A DNA stretch of 64,000 nt from an uncultured Chloroflexia bacterium (GCA_963782935.1 CAWALN010000022.1:75531-139530); one strand, 5' to 3'. Shown: positions 1-12,517, numbered from the stretch's first letter. Numbers and translations: made by a program. Notes: generated by a model not told the origin, from the sequence alone.

Positions 1-35
1 TTATTTCCTTCGAAGTAGGTTTCTTTTTATGATTG

Positions 36-660
<625 letters not shown>

Positions 661-811
661 GGCTCCTCCAGTGGCTTCGATTATAGCGTAGAAATAATCG
701 GGAAATATGGATAGGCATTTTTCAGTGTGTGCACCATAACCACTCAGGCTCTCAAAAGATTGTTTGAAAATATGGAGCGAACCCTGCGTAATGGTATTGT
801 AACTTAGCGAT

Positions 812-840
812 TTGTCCTTAAGTGGTATTCTAGCTATAAT
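812..840 (+). promoter_or_regulatory. sigma70-like promoter (TTGTCC, 17-nt spacer, TATAAT)
   Basis: TTGTCC at 812-817, 17-nt spacer, TATAAT at 835-840. It lies 16 nt upstream of the ATG at 857, with SD AAGGTGGTGAAGG in between. Confidence 0.45.
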
Positions 841-856
841 TAAGGTGGTGAAGGCC

Positions 857-1228
857 ATGGCAAATCAAATTTTGGTCGTTGATGATAACGACATGAACCT
901 GGTGCTTATCTCCAAGATCCTTGAATTGGAAGGGTACGAGGTTGCAGCAGCCAGTGATGGAATGGAAGCCATTCAATCCGTTATTTCCAATAAACCCGAT
1001 CTTGCCATCCTGGATGTAATGATGCCGGATATGGACGGCTACGAGTTATGTCGAAAATTGCGGGAGCCACCCATCAATGCCGATATGCCCATCATCATGC
1101 TGACAGCAATGAATTCCGAAATGGAGAAGGCGCTGGCAGTCGAGGCGGGGGCGAACGATGTCTGGTCCAAACCTTTCGATATGGATGTTTTCCGGCGGCG
1201 GGTTGGGGAAATAGTGGCTGCCGGTTGA
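857..1228 (+). CDS. stand-alone CheY-like response regulator receiver
   Basis: [34 protein letters not shown] receiver signature; about 124 aa with no output domain. Confidence 0.85.
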   Translation: MANQILVVDDNDMNLVLISKILELEGYEVAAASDGMEAIQSVISNKPDLAILDVMMPDMDGYELCRKLREPPINADMPIIMLTAMNSEMEKALAVEAGANDVWSKPFDMDVFRRRVGEIVAAG

Positions 1229-1251
1229 TCGATAATTTACCTGTTGTTTAA

Positions 1252-1581
1252 ATGTCCCTTTTGGTTATTCTATTTAGCATTAGCGGATTTTTGTTGGCGG
1301 GGATTGCCGTTCCCTTGATCTATGGTAAGATCCCTCCCAACGGCCTCTATGGTTTTAGGGTGAAAAAGACCATGGAGCATCCGGAGATATGGTATCCGGT
1401 CAATACTTACGCCGGTAAATGGCTGCTGGCAGCGGGATTGGGCATCAGCCTGGCATCCATTCTTTTCAGTCTCATTCCGGGATTATCGATTGATATTTAT
1501 GCATATTGTGTATTGGGGGTATGGCTTGTGTTGTTCGGACTGGCAGTCTTTGCGTCGGTCCGGTTCATGAATTCCCTTTAA
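1252..1581 (+). CDS. small membrane protein, SdpI/YhfL-like
   Basis: 109 aa with several hydrophobic helices and a PPNGLYGFR motif typical of the SdpI family. Confidence 0.5.
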   Translation: MSLLVILFSISGFLLAGIAVPLIYGKIPPNGLYGFRVKKTMEHPEIWYPVNTYAGKWLLAAGLGISLASILFSLIPGLSIDIYAYCVLGVWLVLFGLAVFASVRFMNSL

Positions 1582-1585
1582 TAAC

Positions 1586-1612
1586 AAAAAGGGCGGGAGG
1601 ATACCCGCCCTT
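1586..1612. terminator. bidirectional hairpin terminator
   Basis: GGGCGGG-aggata-CCCGCCC, flanked by an A-run on the plus strand (a T-run for the minus-strand GH38 gene). Confidence 0.5.
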
Positions 1613-1662
1613 CAACCATAGGCACAGAATAAGCCGGGGTGATTTCCCACCCCGGTTTCTTA

Positions 1663-4570
1663 TCAGCCCTTAAACAAGACGGTGACGATCTCGTGACCTC
1701 CGGCATGGAAGGAAACCGAGCCATCCGTGGCAGATTTGAGCGAGCTCAATTTCTGTTCGGCCAGGTTGATCAGTTCTGCGTTCTTGAAGGAAACCAAGGG
1801 TTTAAGTGTGACCTCTATTTCGTCGCCGGTAAGGTTATAACCCCGCACCAGCCAGCCGCGCAAATCTTCGCTTTGCTTGACCGTGCTGAGCACAAAGGCA
1901 GCCGGTTCGACCGCCATAAAAGAAGCCGAGGCGGGCAATTTTACCGGCATGCAGGCTGGTGCTGACCACCCGGACAGGTGTCTCGAAGGCATAGGCCTGC
2001 TCGAACGCATTCTGCCAATTGCCGGAATGGGGGATGATCGAATAATCGAAGGACCATTCCCCGGGCATCTGGGCAGCGGGAGTTTCCATGGCCGGACCGG
2101 CATGGCCTTTGCGAGTAGAGAAATCATCCCGGGAAAGCCAGCCGACGCATCTCAACAGGGACAGGGCGATCTCGCCGTTGCCGGACGAGTTCTGCCGGAC
2201 TTCAACTTCCGGAAGGCCGCGGTTGGCGATCATCAGGCCGTTGTTACCGGCGGAAATATCCGTAAAGGCGCGTTGGGGGACTTCGGGCCGAGGTTGCTCG
2301 ATCCAGGTTTCATCGTATTCGGGGAGGCCGACCTTCCGCTCGACCACCTCAAAATGACCGTCATACTGGCCGCTTTCCACCGTAAATGGAGCCGGGAAAT
2401 GAACTCGCAAGCGGTGGTCACGGGCAGCGTTGCTGATGGTGGTGTGTATATCCACCCGTGGAAGCCCGGTGGTAAGGCGAACTACGGATTTGATGGGAAG
2501 GACCACCGTCTTTCGAGAACGGGATTGCCGATCGGTGGAGAGACTTTCTGGAACTGTCAACTCCAATTCCAGTTCGAGACTCTGCTGGACCGGACCGCGG
2601 ACCAGGTGAACCTTTTTCAAGCGGGAAGAGAAGATCTGGTCCCCAGGGGGCGGCGAATAGTTATATTCATCACCGCAGTCTGCCCCATCCTGGAAACAAT
2701 TCAACCCTTGATAAGTCTTACCACTCTGCTTATCAATGAGTGAGATGGTTCCGTCGCTTAGAGCCTCGACCTCGTAAAAATCATTCCCGATTTTGTAAGG
2801 CGGGCGGGCCGCTTTTTTTCCGGGCGAGATCCACCGGAGAATGGGCAAGCGGGCCAGGGGCAGGGCGGCTTTAATGAGCGGGCTTATTTTCAGTACGGCA
2901 GTCCCTTCTCCTGGGCGCGGGCGGATCCACAAGGTCTTGTAACCCATGCCGGGGATGTCATCAGCCTTCAAGATCACCTGGGCGGACTCGGCGGAGATGG
3001 CGCAGACATGGTAAGCGGTGACGGTAGGATCTGCCATATATCCATCCACCTGCTTCCGGCCGGATTTCCAGACATCCAGATTGGGTTCGCCTCCATCCGC
3101 CACGATGGCCTCAATGAAGACCTTACTGCCTTCCCGGCGGATGGACAAGCCCTGGACGGTCATGCCGGCGGCCCGACCATCACTGATAAACCCAAAAGCG
3201 GCCTGGAATTCTTTGACACTCATGGACATGTTAATGATCTCGCGGCTACCCCGACCGCCGGTTTGATAGGGGACACTTGTGCCGTTTTCATTTACGAGGT
3301 CAAAATCATTTACATTGGCGGGCAGTTCAAGGTTGGCATAGACCACATCCGAGCGAGGCGTGGAGGTCGGGTTAAAGAGCACCACTGCGGATTGGCCCAG
3401 GGTAGACTCCGTCTGGATATTCTCTGCCAGGGACTCCAGGCTCTGCAGGGTCAACTCCTGACCGACCTGGTCCACCTGGTCGAACCGGACACTCATTTCA
3501 TGATGGACCTGGTCGATGGAGCAACCGCAAATGGAGTCGTGGGGGTGGTTTTCCATCAGCAGGCGCCAGGTCTTGCGGACGAGACCGGCTGGATCGTCGA
3601 GGGCAGAGGCAGACTTCGTCTCTGTAGCAATGAGGGAAGCGAAAGTGCTGAACGGTTCGGCCCATTTCAAGAGCAGGTCTTCGCTGGCATGGTTGCGCTG
3701 CTTGATCCACATGCGCGTGGAGAGCACGCCGGGAAGCAAATGAGAACGGCTGCATTGGCGCAGCTCTCCGGCGATTACCGGTAGTTCCACTTTGTTCCTG
3801 TCCATATCTTCCCGGATCGCTTCGACGAACCTGGGTAGGGTGGAGTGGATCACGCTTGTAGCCGGGATGTTCTTGTTTGCATATGCGATGGCTTTGGCTG
3901 TATTGGGGGGCGGCTCCATGTGATCGGTGCCGTACATGATCAAATAATCGGATACGGCAGAATGAAGGGCTAACTTGTCGCCTTCTTGGGCTACGGCGAT
4001 GGCAAATTCGGATAAATTGTTGGCCGGGAAGGAAGCTCCATTCGAATAACTATCCCGCAGGTAAGCCATCAAGACGCGGGAACCATCCGGAGACTGCCAC
4101 CAGAATTCAGCCGGTTCCTGGTCGAGTCCCCTCCAGAGGCAGGCTGTGTCAATCCCAAAGCCTTTCAAGATCTGCGGTATCTGTCCGGGATGACCAAAGG
4201 GATCGGGAAGATAACCAATCATCATTTTGCGCCCAAAGCGGGCGCAGGTCCGGTCGCCTTGCAAGAGGTTGCGGATATGGGCTTCCGGTCCGACTAAAAA
4301 GGTATCCGGCAGGATGTGCCACGGCCCAATGAGGATGCGGCCTTTTTGGATATGCTGGCGTAAAACCTTTTCTTTTTCCGGACGCATGGCCAGGTAATCA
4401 TCCAGGACGATCGTCTGTCCGTCCAGCATGAAATATTTGAACTGAGGATCCTCGTCAAGGAGCTTCAGGACTCCATCGATCAAGTGGACGAGTTTGAGGC
4501 GGAAGAGTTGAAATGTACGATACCATTCCCGATCCCAGTGGGTGTGAGAAATAATATGAATATTACGCAT
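1663..4570 (-). CDS. GH38 alpha-mannosidase (one frame break near 1935)
   Basis: Starts MRNIHIISHTHWDREWY, the GH38 N-terminal signature. The C-terminal ~90 aa continue in ORF 1663-2127. Confidence 0.85.
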
Positions 4571-4605
4571 AGTCACTCCAAAAAGTAAATAATGAATACT
4601 TAGAA

Positions 4606-4700
4606 CCTTTTCGAAAATTTTGGAGAAGCTCGTTTTTTGAGTGTGTGCGGCAAAGCCGTATACACTCAAAAAAACGGCATCCTTTTATTCTCAGGATACA
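4606..4700 (-). repeat. conserved ~95-nt element with a 21-bp-stem hairpin, copy 1 (upstream of GH38)
   Basis: CGTTTTTTGAGTGTGTGCGGC-aaa-GCCGTATACACTCAAAAAAACG at 4631-4676. The flanks align with the copy at 10415-10515. Confidence 0.6.
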
Positions 4701-4703
4701 ACC

Positions 4704-5537
4704 TTAGGTGAGGATTTGGGCTAAGATCTCTTTCCAGTGAGGGAAGATCAGCAGATGACCCTCATTTTTACAAAAATTGGGTTTGCAGTTTGGAAGCCGG
4801 GTTGCCATGAACCGGGCCATCGGGAAAGGCGTCATATTGTCTGCCGTCCCATGCCAGAGCAGCACACGGGTGCGGACCTCTTCCAACCGGAAACCCCAGG
4901 GGCGGGTGAGCAAGCGGGCATCCCAGGCAAACCCTTCCAAGCCGGGTCGAAACCCTTCCTGTTCGCTGGCAATGCAGTGTTCCCGCACTTCCAGGAGATC
5001 CATCAGCTCCTCATCCGCGGCGGGTCTGTGATTGCGTTTTCCTGCCGAGGCTGCCGGAGCCGGTTGGATTTTATGGCGGTAAGCCAGCCAGATTATCTGC
5101 TGCCAAATGGACCAGGGGATATACCGGCCGAGCAAAAAGCCCATCCGGTTCTGGAGTTCCATCCCATCCGCCCCATGCGGTGTTTCAGGCGGCGCGGCCC
5201 CGCACAGGCTGGCAGCGATGGTCACCCGATCTGCCAAGGAAAAGGCGCAGGCGAGAGCGTAGGGTCCACCACCAGAGTGACCCGCAACGGCAAACTTCTC
5301 CACGCCTAATCCATCCGCCAATTCGGCTACATCCTCCGCCCAATCCAGGATCCGCCGGCCGGGCTGGAAGGAGGATTCTCCGTAACCGGGACGGTCCACT
5401 GCGATCAAGCGGACTCCCATTTGTTGGGTGATCTCATCATGGGGATGGAAAAAACGAGAGCCCGGCATGCCGTGGAAAGAAGAAAAGAGGTTTGCCACCC
5501 GGATCACCGGCTTCTTCATAACCGAGGCGGCGACCAT
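4704..5537 (-). CDS. alpha/beta hydrolase
   Basis: DRPGYGES and GHSGGG nucleophile-elbow motifs. Confidence 0.75.
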   Translation of the reverse strand: MVAASVMKKPVIRVANLFSSFHGMPGSRFFHPHDEITQQMGVRLIAVDRPGYGESSFQPGRRILDWAEDVAELADGLGVEKFAVAGHSGGGPYALACAFSLADRVTIAASLCGAAPPETPHGADGMELQNRMGFLLGRYIPWSIWQQIIWLAYRHKIQPAPAASAGKRNHRPAADEELMDLLEVREHCIASEQEGFRPGLEGFAWDARLLTRPWGFRLEEVRTRVLLWHGTADNMTPFPMARFMATRLPNCKPNFCKNEGHLLIFPHWKEILAQILT

Positions 5538-5552
5538 CGCGCAGGGAAAGTA

Positions 5553-8125
5553 TTATAGTTTCACCTTTTCCTCAGTTAATTTCCCGGCTTCCAACATGGC
5601 TTCTTTGCGGTTGCTGATGGGGAAGCGGTTGTTCAAAGGACTGAAACGTGCCCCCAACGCGGTCGGTTCATAGATACCCCAGCGGGTAAGCCAGTGTGCA
5701 ATGCCGGTCATTGTAACCGCCTCATTCAACTCTGCAAGTGTATCATCATCCCAACCACCGAATAATCCGTACAGGAACATGAAGAGGGGGAAACTTGGCA
5801 GGATCCCGATGAGAAAGATCAATACACTTGAGATCTGATCACCTTTCCAGATGAAACCGTTTATGAGTGAAAGGATCCCATAATGAACGAGGGCAGCCAT
5901 TAAGGGCGCTACCAGGGATTGCCACAGGTAGATACGTTGTGGGAAGCAGACCTTGTGGTTAATGATATAGGCGGCGATCCCCTTGGCAAATAGACCGACA
6001 AAATAGGCGATGATCAACCCACCCACCTGGAAACGGACGATCAGGAACCAGGCCAGGACCACCCGGATGATCTGTTCCGAAAACACCAGGATCGACTTAA
6101 GGTAGGGTTTGTTGGCGCCTAATTGGACATTATCACCTACCCAGGAAGGGAATTGGATCGCCCCCCAGATTGTCAGCGGGATCACATAAATGGCGGCGCG
6201 TTGGAATTCCACGCCGGTCGATCCGATGATAAAGCGGGGTGCCACTGCCAGAAGGACGGTTCCAATGAATGCACTGACGATGCCGTTATATTTGTATGCC
6301 ATGGCGCTGTAATATTGACCCAGAATCCGTTTGCCGCTCGAAATGGCCTCGGAGATGGCCGGCATGACCCCGTCATTTAAGGTTTGAGTAACATTGAAGG
6401 CAAAGATGAAATTCTGCGCCATGCCCCAGTTTCCCCAGATTTCGGCATAATTGATCAGGCGGGTCTGGGTGATGGCAATTTCCATGGCCTGGCCGAACGA
6501 CCAGGCGGCAGAACCGAGCATTTCAAAAACACCGAATTTGAAGCTGGTCTTAACGATATCCCAATTGAAATGGGCCAGGAAAAGGATGCGGGCGTTAAGC
6601 CCACCCGTTGATAGAACCAATATCCGACTACAAATATCGATAGTTCGGAGACGTAAGCTGCCATCCCCAGCCCCAGCAGGCCTCCCATTGACCCGCCAAA
6701 AATAGGGTGTGATTTGCCCCAGAGGAACATGAGGGTGACAACAACCGGTTGGACCACGAACGGAACAATGGCATTGGCTCCAATTTCCAGCACTCGGCTG
6801 AAATCCAGGCGTTGCAAGCCCGTCAATGAGTGCTTCATGACCTGGTAGAAACCGGGGATTTGTATGAAGGAATGGATGATCACGCTCCAGGCATAGAGCG
6901 CATAGGCGGATTTAGGAGCCAGTGTGCTGGCCAGGGCAATGACCAATGCCACCTGAATGGCTCCGGAGAGAGCCTGCCACCAGATGTACACCTGTCCAAA
7001 CTGAATACCTTTTCTGGGGTCGCTGACGCGATATTCGGAAAGGAATTTGATGAAGGCCACACTTGTGCCCATATCGAAGAACAACCAGGCCAGGTTGAAG
7101 AACTGGGTCACGCGTCCCCAGATCCCCAGGGCCTGGGCCGAGGGCAAAATATATGTGGGCAGGATCAAATTCTGGTAGATGATCATGGGGATAAAAAAGA
7201 CCAGCCCGATACTTAACGCAATCAGGAATCCGCTCAATGGGCGGTGAAATCCCACATTTTCCCAGGCTGAGTGCTCCTCATGGACCTGGAATTTGGTGCG
7301 GTCCAATACGATCCGGTCCAATTCCTCCGGATGTCTCAAGCTGTACCGCCGAACAAGGAAGAATATTGCAAAAGTTGTCCCTATGATCAACGCCATTGCG
7401 ACCAGAAGGACATTCCGATCCGAGGCATGCGGGACAGGTGAAGCCGGGTAATCGGCAAAAGAAAGAGGCGCATTGCCGGAGGCGCGTTCCACCAGGTGAT
7501 AGACCAGGTAATTAAAATAAGCCCAATCCTGGATCTGAGGATTGAATGTCGCGTTCTTGCCGGCTTCAAAATCGACAGACTCGTTCAGGAAGGCGTTAAA
7601 AACAAACGTTCTCGAATTATTGGCCGACCACAAAATCCAGGCTCCGTCTTCGTAAGCTGTGACCAGCGGCTGAACGTACGAGATGGGAGTATTCACCTCG
7701 ATCCTGTCCCGGACCTGGGGAGCGCTGTTCCAAAGGATCTGTTTTACGAGCGGATCCTCAACATCGGCCTGGACCAGGCTGACGGCATCGTTCTTTTCAG
7801 TAAAGGTCAGTGGGATGCCTATGAGGTTGGTGACATCTGCCGCCGACATATCCGGCCCAAGAAACAAAACCAAACCGGCTCCCGCCTTCAATCGTGCCGC
7901 GATCAAATCGGGATCCGGAATGACTCCATTGAGCAGAAAGACATCTGCCTTGGATGCATCCTTCACGAAAGTAAAAGTCCCTTTAGGCGCCAGGGTCAGG
8001 GCTGTATGGATTCCTGACTGCTCCGGCCCGGCATAAAAAATGCGGATGGTATTATCGGCTGCCACTGGGATGGCAAAGGTAAAAAGCAGGAGGAGAAATA
8101 AAAGGACGATGAAAGTTTTGCGCAT
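5553..8125 (-). CDS. large polytopic membrane protein: signal peptide, ~240-aa extracytoplasmic domain, flippase-like TM region (frame break near 6610)
   Basis: ORFs 6455-8125 and 5553-6620 join as ..VGYWFYQRVGL/NARILFLAHF... N-terminal signal peptide MRKTFIVLLFLLLLFTFAIPVAA. More than 12 predicted TM helices; the resemblance to MOP/Wzx flippases is tentative. Confidence 0.55.
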
Positions 8126-9036
8126 TAGATCTCCAAATTACCCTGGTCAGCCAGGACCTCTCCCCTCCGGCCGAGCAAGAAACCAGCCGCGATGGTCAGT
8201 GCCACCCCTGCAAGGACACTATATTTTGAGATTGTGGTCGGGGCAGGTAAGCCAAACACTACGAAATAAACGATTATCGGAGATATCTGGATGGGCACGT
8301 GAGTGATCGGGACGATATTACTGGCCTGTCCATATCGGAATGCCATCTGATTTTGCCAGGTGACCACAGCTCCGCAGGTGGTCAGGATGATGGAGGCTAC
8401 CACGAAGAGGATCACCTGGGTGAGTGTTCCCTTTCCGCCCAACACTATAAAGATGACCGCGATCAAAGGGTTCACCCAGAAATCCGATTGGGCGAAAAGA
8501 AAACCGTTCGCAAGTGCAATGAAGGTACTTCGGTGAGACTTGATGATTAGGATGAACCTTCGGGAAACGAAGAATAGGACAAAATAGATACAGGTGAATG
8601 CAGTAATCCGCATCAGAGAGTTGGAATTCGCCAGGGCCGACCTGACCTGATCTGAGGTGATCTGCAATCCGCTCAGCCCTATAAAGAAAACACCCAGGAT
8701 CATGATGGGGATCGCGATGATCTCGCCAGTATTCAGACTCTCGTGGTTCAACTTAACCGAACCGACCGCCAGGACGATCAGCCCTATAGCCATTAATCCG
8801 GGAACCAGGGCAGGTCCAATGAGACTCTGGGAGATAACATAGGCTATACCGCCGCCGCCAAGTCCAAAAATGGAACCGGCCAGCCAGGTCGGATTACGGA
8901 TCAAGCGGCGCAGGTATCTTTCATGACCGGCGCCATAGATATCATTTACGGCTTTCTTTTGAAGCAGCAGGCCTGACTGGGTCAGGATACCGCCGACGAG
9001 GCCGAGTATCACGCCGGCCACATAGGACGGGGTCAT
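8125..9036 (-). CDS. multi-pass membrane protein (DMT/NIPA-like, tentative)
   Basis: 303 aa with about 9 hydrophobic helices and an LLLQKKA motif near the N-terminus. Confidence 0.45.
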   Translation of the reverse strand: MTPSYVAGVILGLVGGILTQSGLLLQKKAVNDIYGAGHERYLRRLIRNPTWLAGSIFGLGGGGIAYVISQSLIGPALVPGLMAIGLIVLAVGSVKLNHESLNTGEIIAIPIMILGVFFIGLSGLQITSDQVRSALANSNSLMRITAFTCIYFVLFFVSRRFILIIKSHRSTFIALANGFLFAQSDFWVNPLIAVIFIVLGGKGTLTQVILFVVASIILTTCGAVVTWQNQMAFRYGQASNIVPITHVPIQISPIIVYFVVFGLPAPTTISKYSVLAGVALTIAAGFLLGRRGEVLADQGNLEI

Positions 9037-10387
9037 TTAGAGTTCAAAACCATTTTCCTGGATCACTTTGGCAAACCAGTAGCCAGAATCTTTGATGGTC
9101 CGTTTGAGCGTCTTGTAATTCACATAGATCAAGCCAAAACGGGGGGCATATCCGAGGGCCCATTCGAAATTATCCATGAGCGACCAATGGAAATAGCCCT
9201 TGACCGGCACGCCTTCTTGCATGGCCCGGTGGACCTGGGCAATATGGCTCTGCAAATAGCGAATGCGGCGTTCGTCCCGGACGCGACCATCGAAATCCAA
9301 TCCATCCGGAACAGGGACACCATTCTCGGTGATCATGATTTCCGCGGTGGGCTGGTAATCCTTCCATACCCGGGTCAGCATCTCATAAATCCCCTCGGGA
9401 TAGATCTCCCACATGCCGGAATATTCATTTCCCACGGGTTGGACCGGGGACTGGCGGAGCAACGGTACCTTGGGATCATATTTTACAACCGCGCGGGTGT
9501 AATAGTTTAACCCAAGCAGGTCCACCGTGCAAATCTTCTCCATGTCACCGGATTTGATGATCCCCTTTGTCAAAAATTTTACGAGAGGAAAATCAACCAG
9601 GGGATATTTCCCTTTTAGAAATGGGTCCAATTGGAGGCGGTTGATGGCAACATCGGCTCTTTTGGCAGCCTTGGCATCTCTCTTTGGAATCGGTGGCCGG
9701 ATGGGCCGGGCTGAGACTGAGGGTCAGTCCCACTTTGACAGGCTGTTTGGCGGCTGCCCGGATGGCTTCGGCTGCCAGGCCGTGGGAAAGGAATATGTGG
9801 TGCATCGCCCTGACACCGGCCAGGGGATCTTTCATTCCAGGGGCGTGGTCGCCGGAAAAGTGACCCGCAAAGGCTGTTACCCATGGCTCGTTATGGGTCA
9901 TCCAGACTTTGACGCGATCGCTCAACCGCTCGGTCACTATTCCGGCATATTCAGCGAACGCATAAGCCGTGTCTCGATTAGGCCAGCCGCCTTTATCTTG
10001 CAGGGCCTGGGGAAGGTCGTAATGAAACAGGCACACGTACGGCTCGATCTTATTGGCCAGCAATTCATCGACGAGACGATCGTAAAAGGCCAGGCCGGCT
10101 TCATTTATCCTGCCTCTGCCTTCCGGCAGGACCCGCGACCATGCCACTGAAAAGCGGTATGAATCCAGGCCTAATGCCTTCATCAAGGCAACATCTTCCT
10201 TATAACGGTGATAATGATCGACAGCTACATCGCCGGTTTCCCCATTGGCAATCTTCCCCTGAGTATGGACAAAGGTATCCCAAATGGAAGGGCCTTTGCC
10301 GTCTTCGTTCCAGGCGCCTTCCACTTGATAAGCTGAAGAGGCGCATCCCCAGATAAACCCTTGCGGGAAACTGATTTTGGTCATCAA
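9037..10387 (-). CDS. GH1 beta-glucosidase (frame break near 9610)
   Basis: FPQGFIWGCASSAYQVEGAWNEDGKGPSIWD, NEP and ITENG catalytic motifs, split over ORFs 9593-10387 and 9037-9630. Confidence 0.85.
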
Positions 10388-10414
10388 TGGAACCTCAAAT
10401 TGGAGAAATTTTGT

Positions 10415-10515
10415 TTACACCTATCCGAAAATTATGGAAGAACCGCATTTTGAGTGTGTGCGGCGGAGCCGCACACACTCAAAATGCGGCATCCTCTTTC
10501 TTTTCGGATAAGATA
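10415..10515 (-). repeat. conserved element with a perfect 22-bp-stem hairpin, copy 2 (upstream of GH1)
   Basis: CCGCATTTTGAGTGTGTGCGGC-gga-GCCGCACACACTCAAAATGCGG at 10443-10489. An outer inverted repeat TATCCGAAAA/TTTTCGGATA flanks it. Confidence 0.6.
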
Positions 10516-10711
10516 CTTTTTAATTATACGAGGCTTTATTTTACGATAAAGAAGATGAATGTAATGAATATCCCATGCTTTTAAACTTTTATATGGAAGG
10601 AATCCCAGCCTTCTTCAATCAAGGATCTGAAGATTTCACAAAGGAAGAACCAATTGGGTCATATTGGATGAATAAGCAGGGTGATACAATCGGACTATTT
10701 ATGGAGGTTTT

Positions 10712-12409
10712 ATGAAGGTTTCTTTATTACGGGCCCGCTACAGGCGGATCATGTTCTTCTTTGCCAGGATCGCGCTGGCGTTTATATTTTGGGAAGTCAT
10801 CCTGCCACGACTGGGCCTGCGGGCCTGGGCAAGACGGACACGCTCCAACCGTTACCGGAAGGCAGCCGCCCAGTTCCGGGCGCTGGCAATCCACATGGGC
10901 GGTGTGATGATCAAGGTAGGCCAATTCCTTTCGTCCAGGTTAGATGTGCTGCCACCGGAAATTACCAGTGAACTGGCGGGTTTGCAGGATGAAGTGCCGC
11001 CGGAGGAGTTCGAGGCTATCCGCAAGCAAGCCGAAGCAGAACTTGGCGCGCCTTTATTGGAAAAATACGAATCATTTGAAGAAACGCCTCTGGCTGCGGC
11101 ATCGCTTGGACAGGTGCATCGAGCCCGCTTATGTGTGAATGGTCAAGGTACCGAATTTTGCGGGGTTGTGGTCAAGATCCAACGCCCGCATATCGAGCAG
11201 TTGATCGAGGTCGACCTCTCGGCGCTGCAGCAGGTAGGTGGCTGGCTGCAGAGATATCCGCCGGTGGCCAAACGGGTCCATGTTCCTTCCCTGGTGGAAG
11301 AATTCTCAACGACCGTCCGGGAAGAGGTGGATTACCTGGCTGAAGGCCGGAATGCCGAGATCTTCAGCAATAATTTCAAGGAAGATCCAAAAGTGCATGT
11401 GCCCAGGGTGGTCTGGAGCCATACCACCCGGCGGGTGCTGACCCTGGAGGATGTGTTTGCCATCAAGATCACCGATTATGATGCCATCCACGCGGCCGGG
11501 ATAGACCCGGCGGAAGTAGCCCGCACCCTGTTGAATACTTACCTTAAGCAGATCTTCGAGGACGGCTTTTTCCACGCCGACCCGCATCCGGGCAATCTCT
11601 TTGTCACACCGGTGGATGGAACAACTGAAGATGGAAAGCCTCGCTGGCAGTTGACCTTCGTCGATTTCGGCATGGTGGGGAGGGTGCCGGATAATTTGCG
11701 GAACGGTCTACGGGAAATGGTGATTGCCATGGGGTTGCAAGATGCCTCCCGTTTGATCCATTCCTACCAGACTCTGCATGTGCTCCTGCCTGGGACGGAT
11801 CTGGCCCAATTGGAAGAGATGAGCGCTTCGATGTTCGACTTAATGTGGGGGAAATCCATGGATGAATTACGCAATTTGAGCCAGGAAGAAATGCTCCGCT
11901 TTGCGGATCGCTTCCGCGACATGATGTATTCCATGCCGTTCCAGCTGCCTCAAAATCTGTTGATGCTGGGGCGTTGTGTTGCCATCCTCTCGGGCATGTG
12001 CACCGGTCTGGATGCCGATTTCAATCTGTGGAACCAGTTGGAGCCCTATGCAGCCAAGCTGGTCTCACAGGAAGCGGGTTCCAATTGGAAGGTCTGGCTG
12101 GATGAGCTGGGTAAAGTCGTCAAGGAAATGGTGGCCGTGCCGACGAAATTCAGCCGGATCCTGACCCAGATGGAAAAAGGCAACTTGATGGTCCAAATGC
12201 CCACCGTAAACCGGCAGCTTGTTTTTGTGGAGAAGGCGCTGAACCGGCTGACGGCCAGCCTTGTATTTGTGGCCTTGCTGATCGGGAGCGTGATCCTGTA
12301 TGACGCCGGGCACACCAACTTTTCTGCCATCCTTTTGGCGGGTGCCGTGGTGACCTTGCTTTGGATCTTCTTTTCGAGAGGTGGCATGCCCCGCCGGTTC
12401 CATCCTTAA
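10712..12409 (+). CDS. ABC1/UbiB-family atypical kinase
   Basis: 565 aa with PLAAASLGQVHRARL, HADPHPGNL and C-terminal TM helices. Confidence 0.8.
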   Translation: MKVSLLRARYRRIMFFFARIALAFIFWEVILPRLGLRAWARRTRSNRYRKAAAQFRALAIHMGGVMIKVGQFLSSRLDVLPPEITSELAGLQDEVPPEEFEAIRKQAEAELGAPLLEKYESFEETPLAAASLGQVHRARLCVNGQGTEFCGVVVKIQRPHIEQLIEVDLSALQQVGGWLQRYPPVAKRVHVPSLVEEFSTTVREEVDYLAEGRNAEIFSNNFKEDPKVHVPRVVWSHTTRRVLTLEDVFAIKITDYDAIHAAGIDPAEVARTLLNTYLKQIFEDGFFHADPHPGNLFVTPVDGTTEDGKPRWQLTFVDFGMVGRVPDNLRNGLREMVIAMGLQDASRLIHSYQTLHVLLPGTDLAQLEEMSASMFDLMWGKSMDELRNLSQEEMLRFADRFRDMMYSMPFQLPQNLLMLGRCVAILSGMCTGLDADFNLWNQLEPYAAKLVSQEAGSNWKVWLDELGKVVKEMVAVPTKFSRILTQMEKGNLMVQMPTVNRQLVFVEKALNRLTASLVFVALLIGSVILYDAGHTNFSAILLAGAVVTLLWIFFSRGGMPRRFHP

Positions 12410-12450
12410 CATACTTACCAATTCTTTGTATCGTAATTCCAGATATCTAA

Positions 12451-12474
12451 GAGACCGCCCGACCGGGCGGTCTC
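12451..12474. terminator. hairpin terminator between convergent genes
   Basis: GAGACCGCCC-gacc-GGGCGGTCTC. Confidence 0.5.
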
Positions 12475-12517
12475 TGTCATTATTGAATTAATTTGAAGAG
12501 AGAATTCTCTCCGGCTT

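Noticed and set aside
1877-2743. Long antisense or overlapping ORFs inside well-supported genes (e.g. 1877-2743+, 18578-19306-, 19596-20378-, 46804-47562-, 49465-50202-, 55859-56917-, 58310-59140-).
   Set aside because: They lie opposite or out of frame to genes with clear family motifs. Their translations are R/G/P-rich and low in complexity, and they have no SD or recognisable domains. These are typical shadow ORFs of GC-rich coding DNA.
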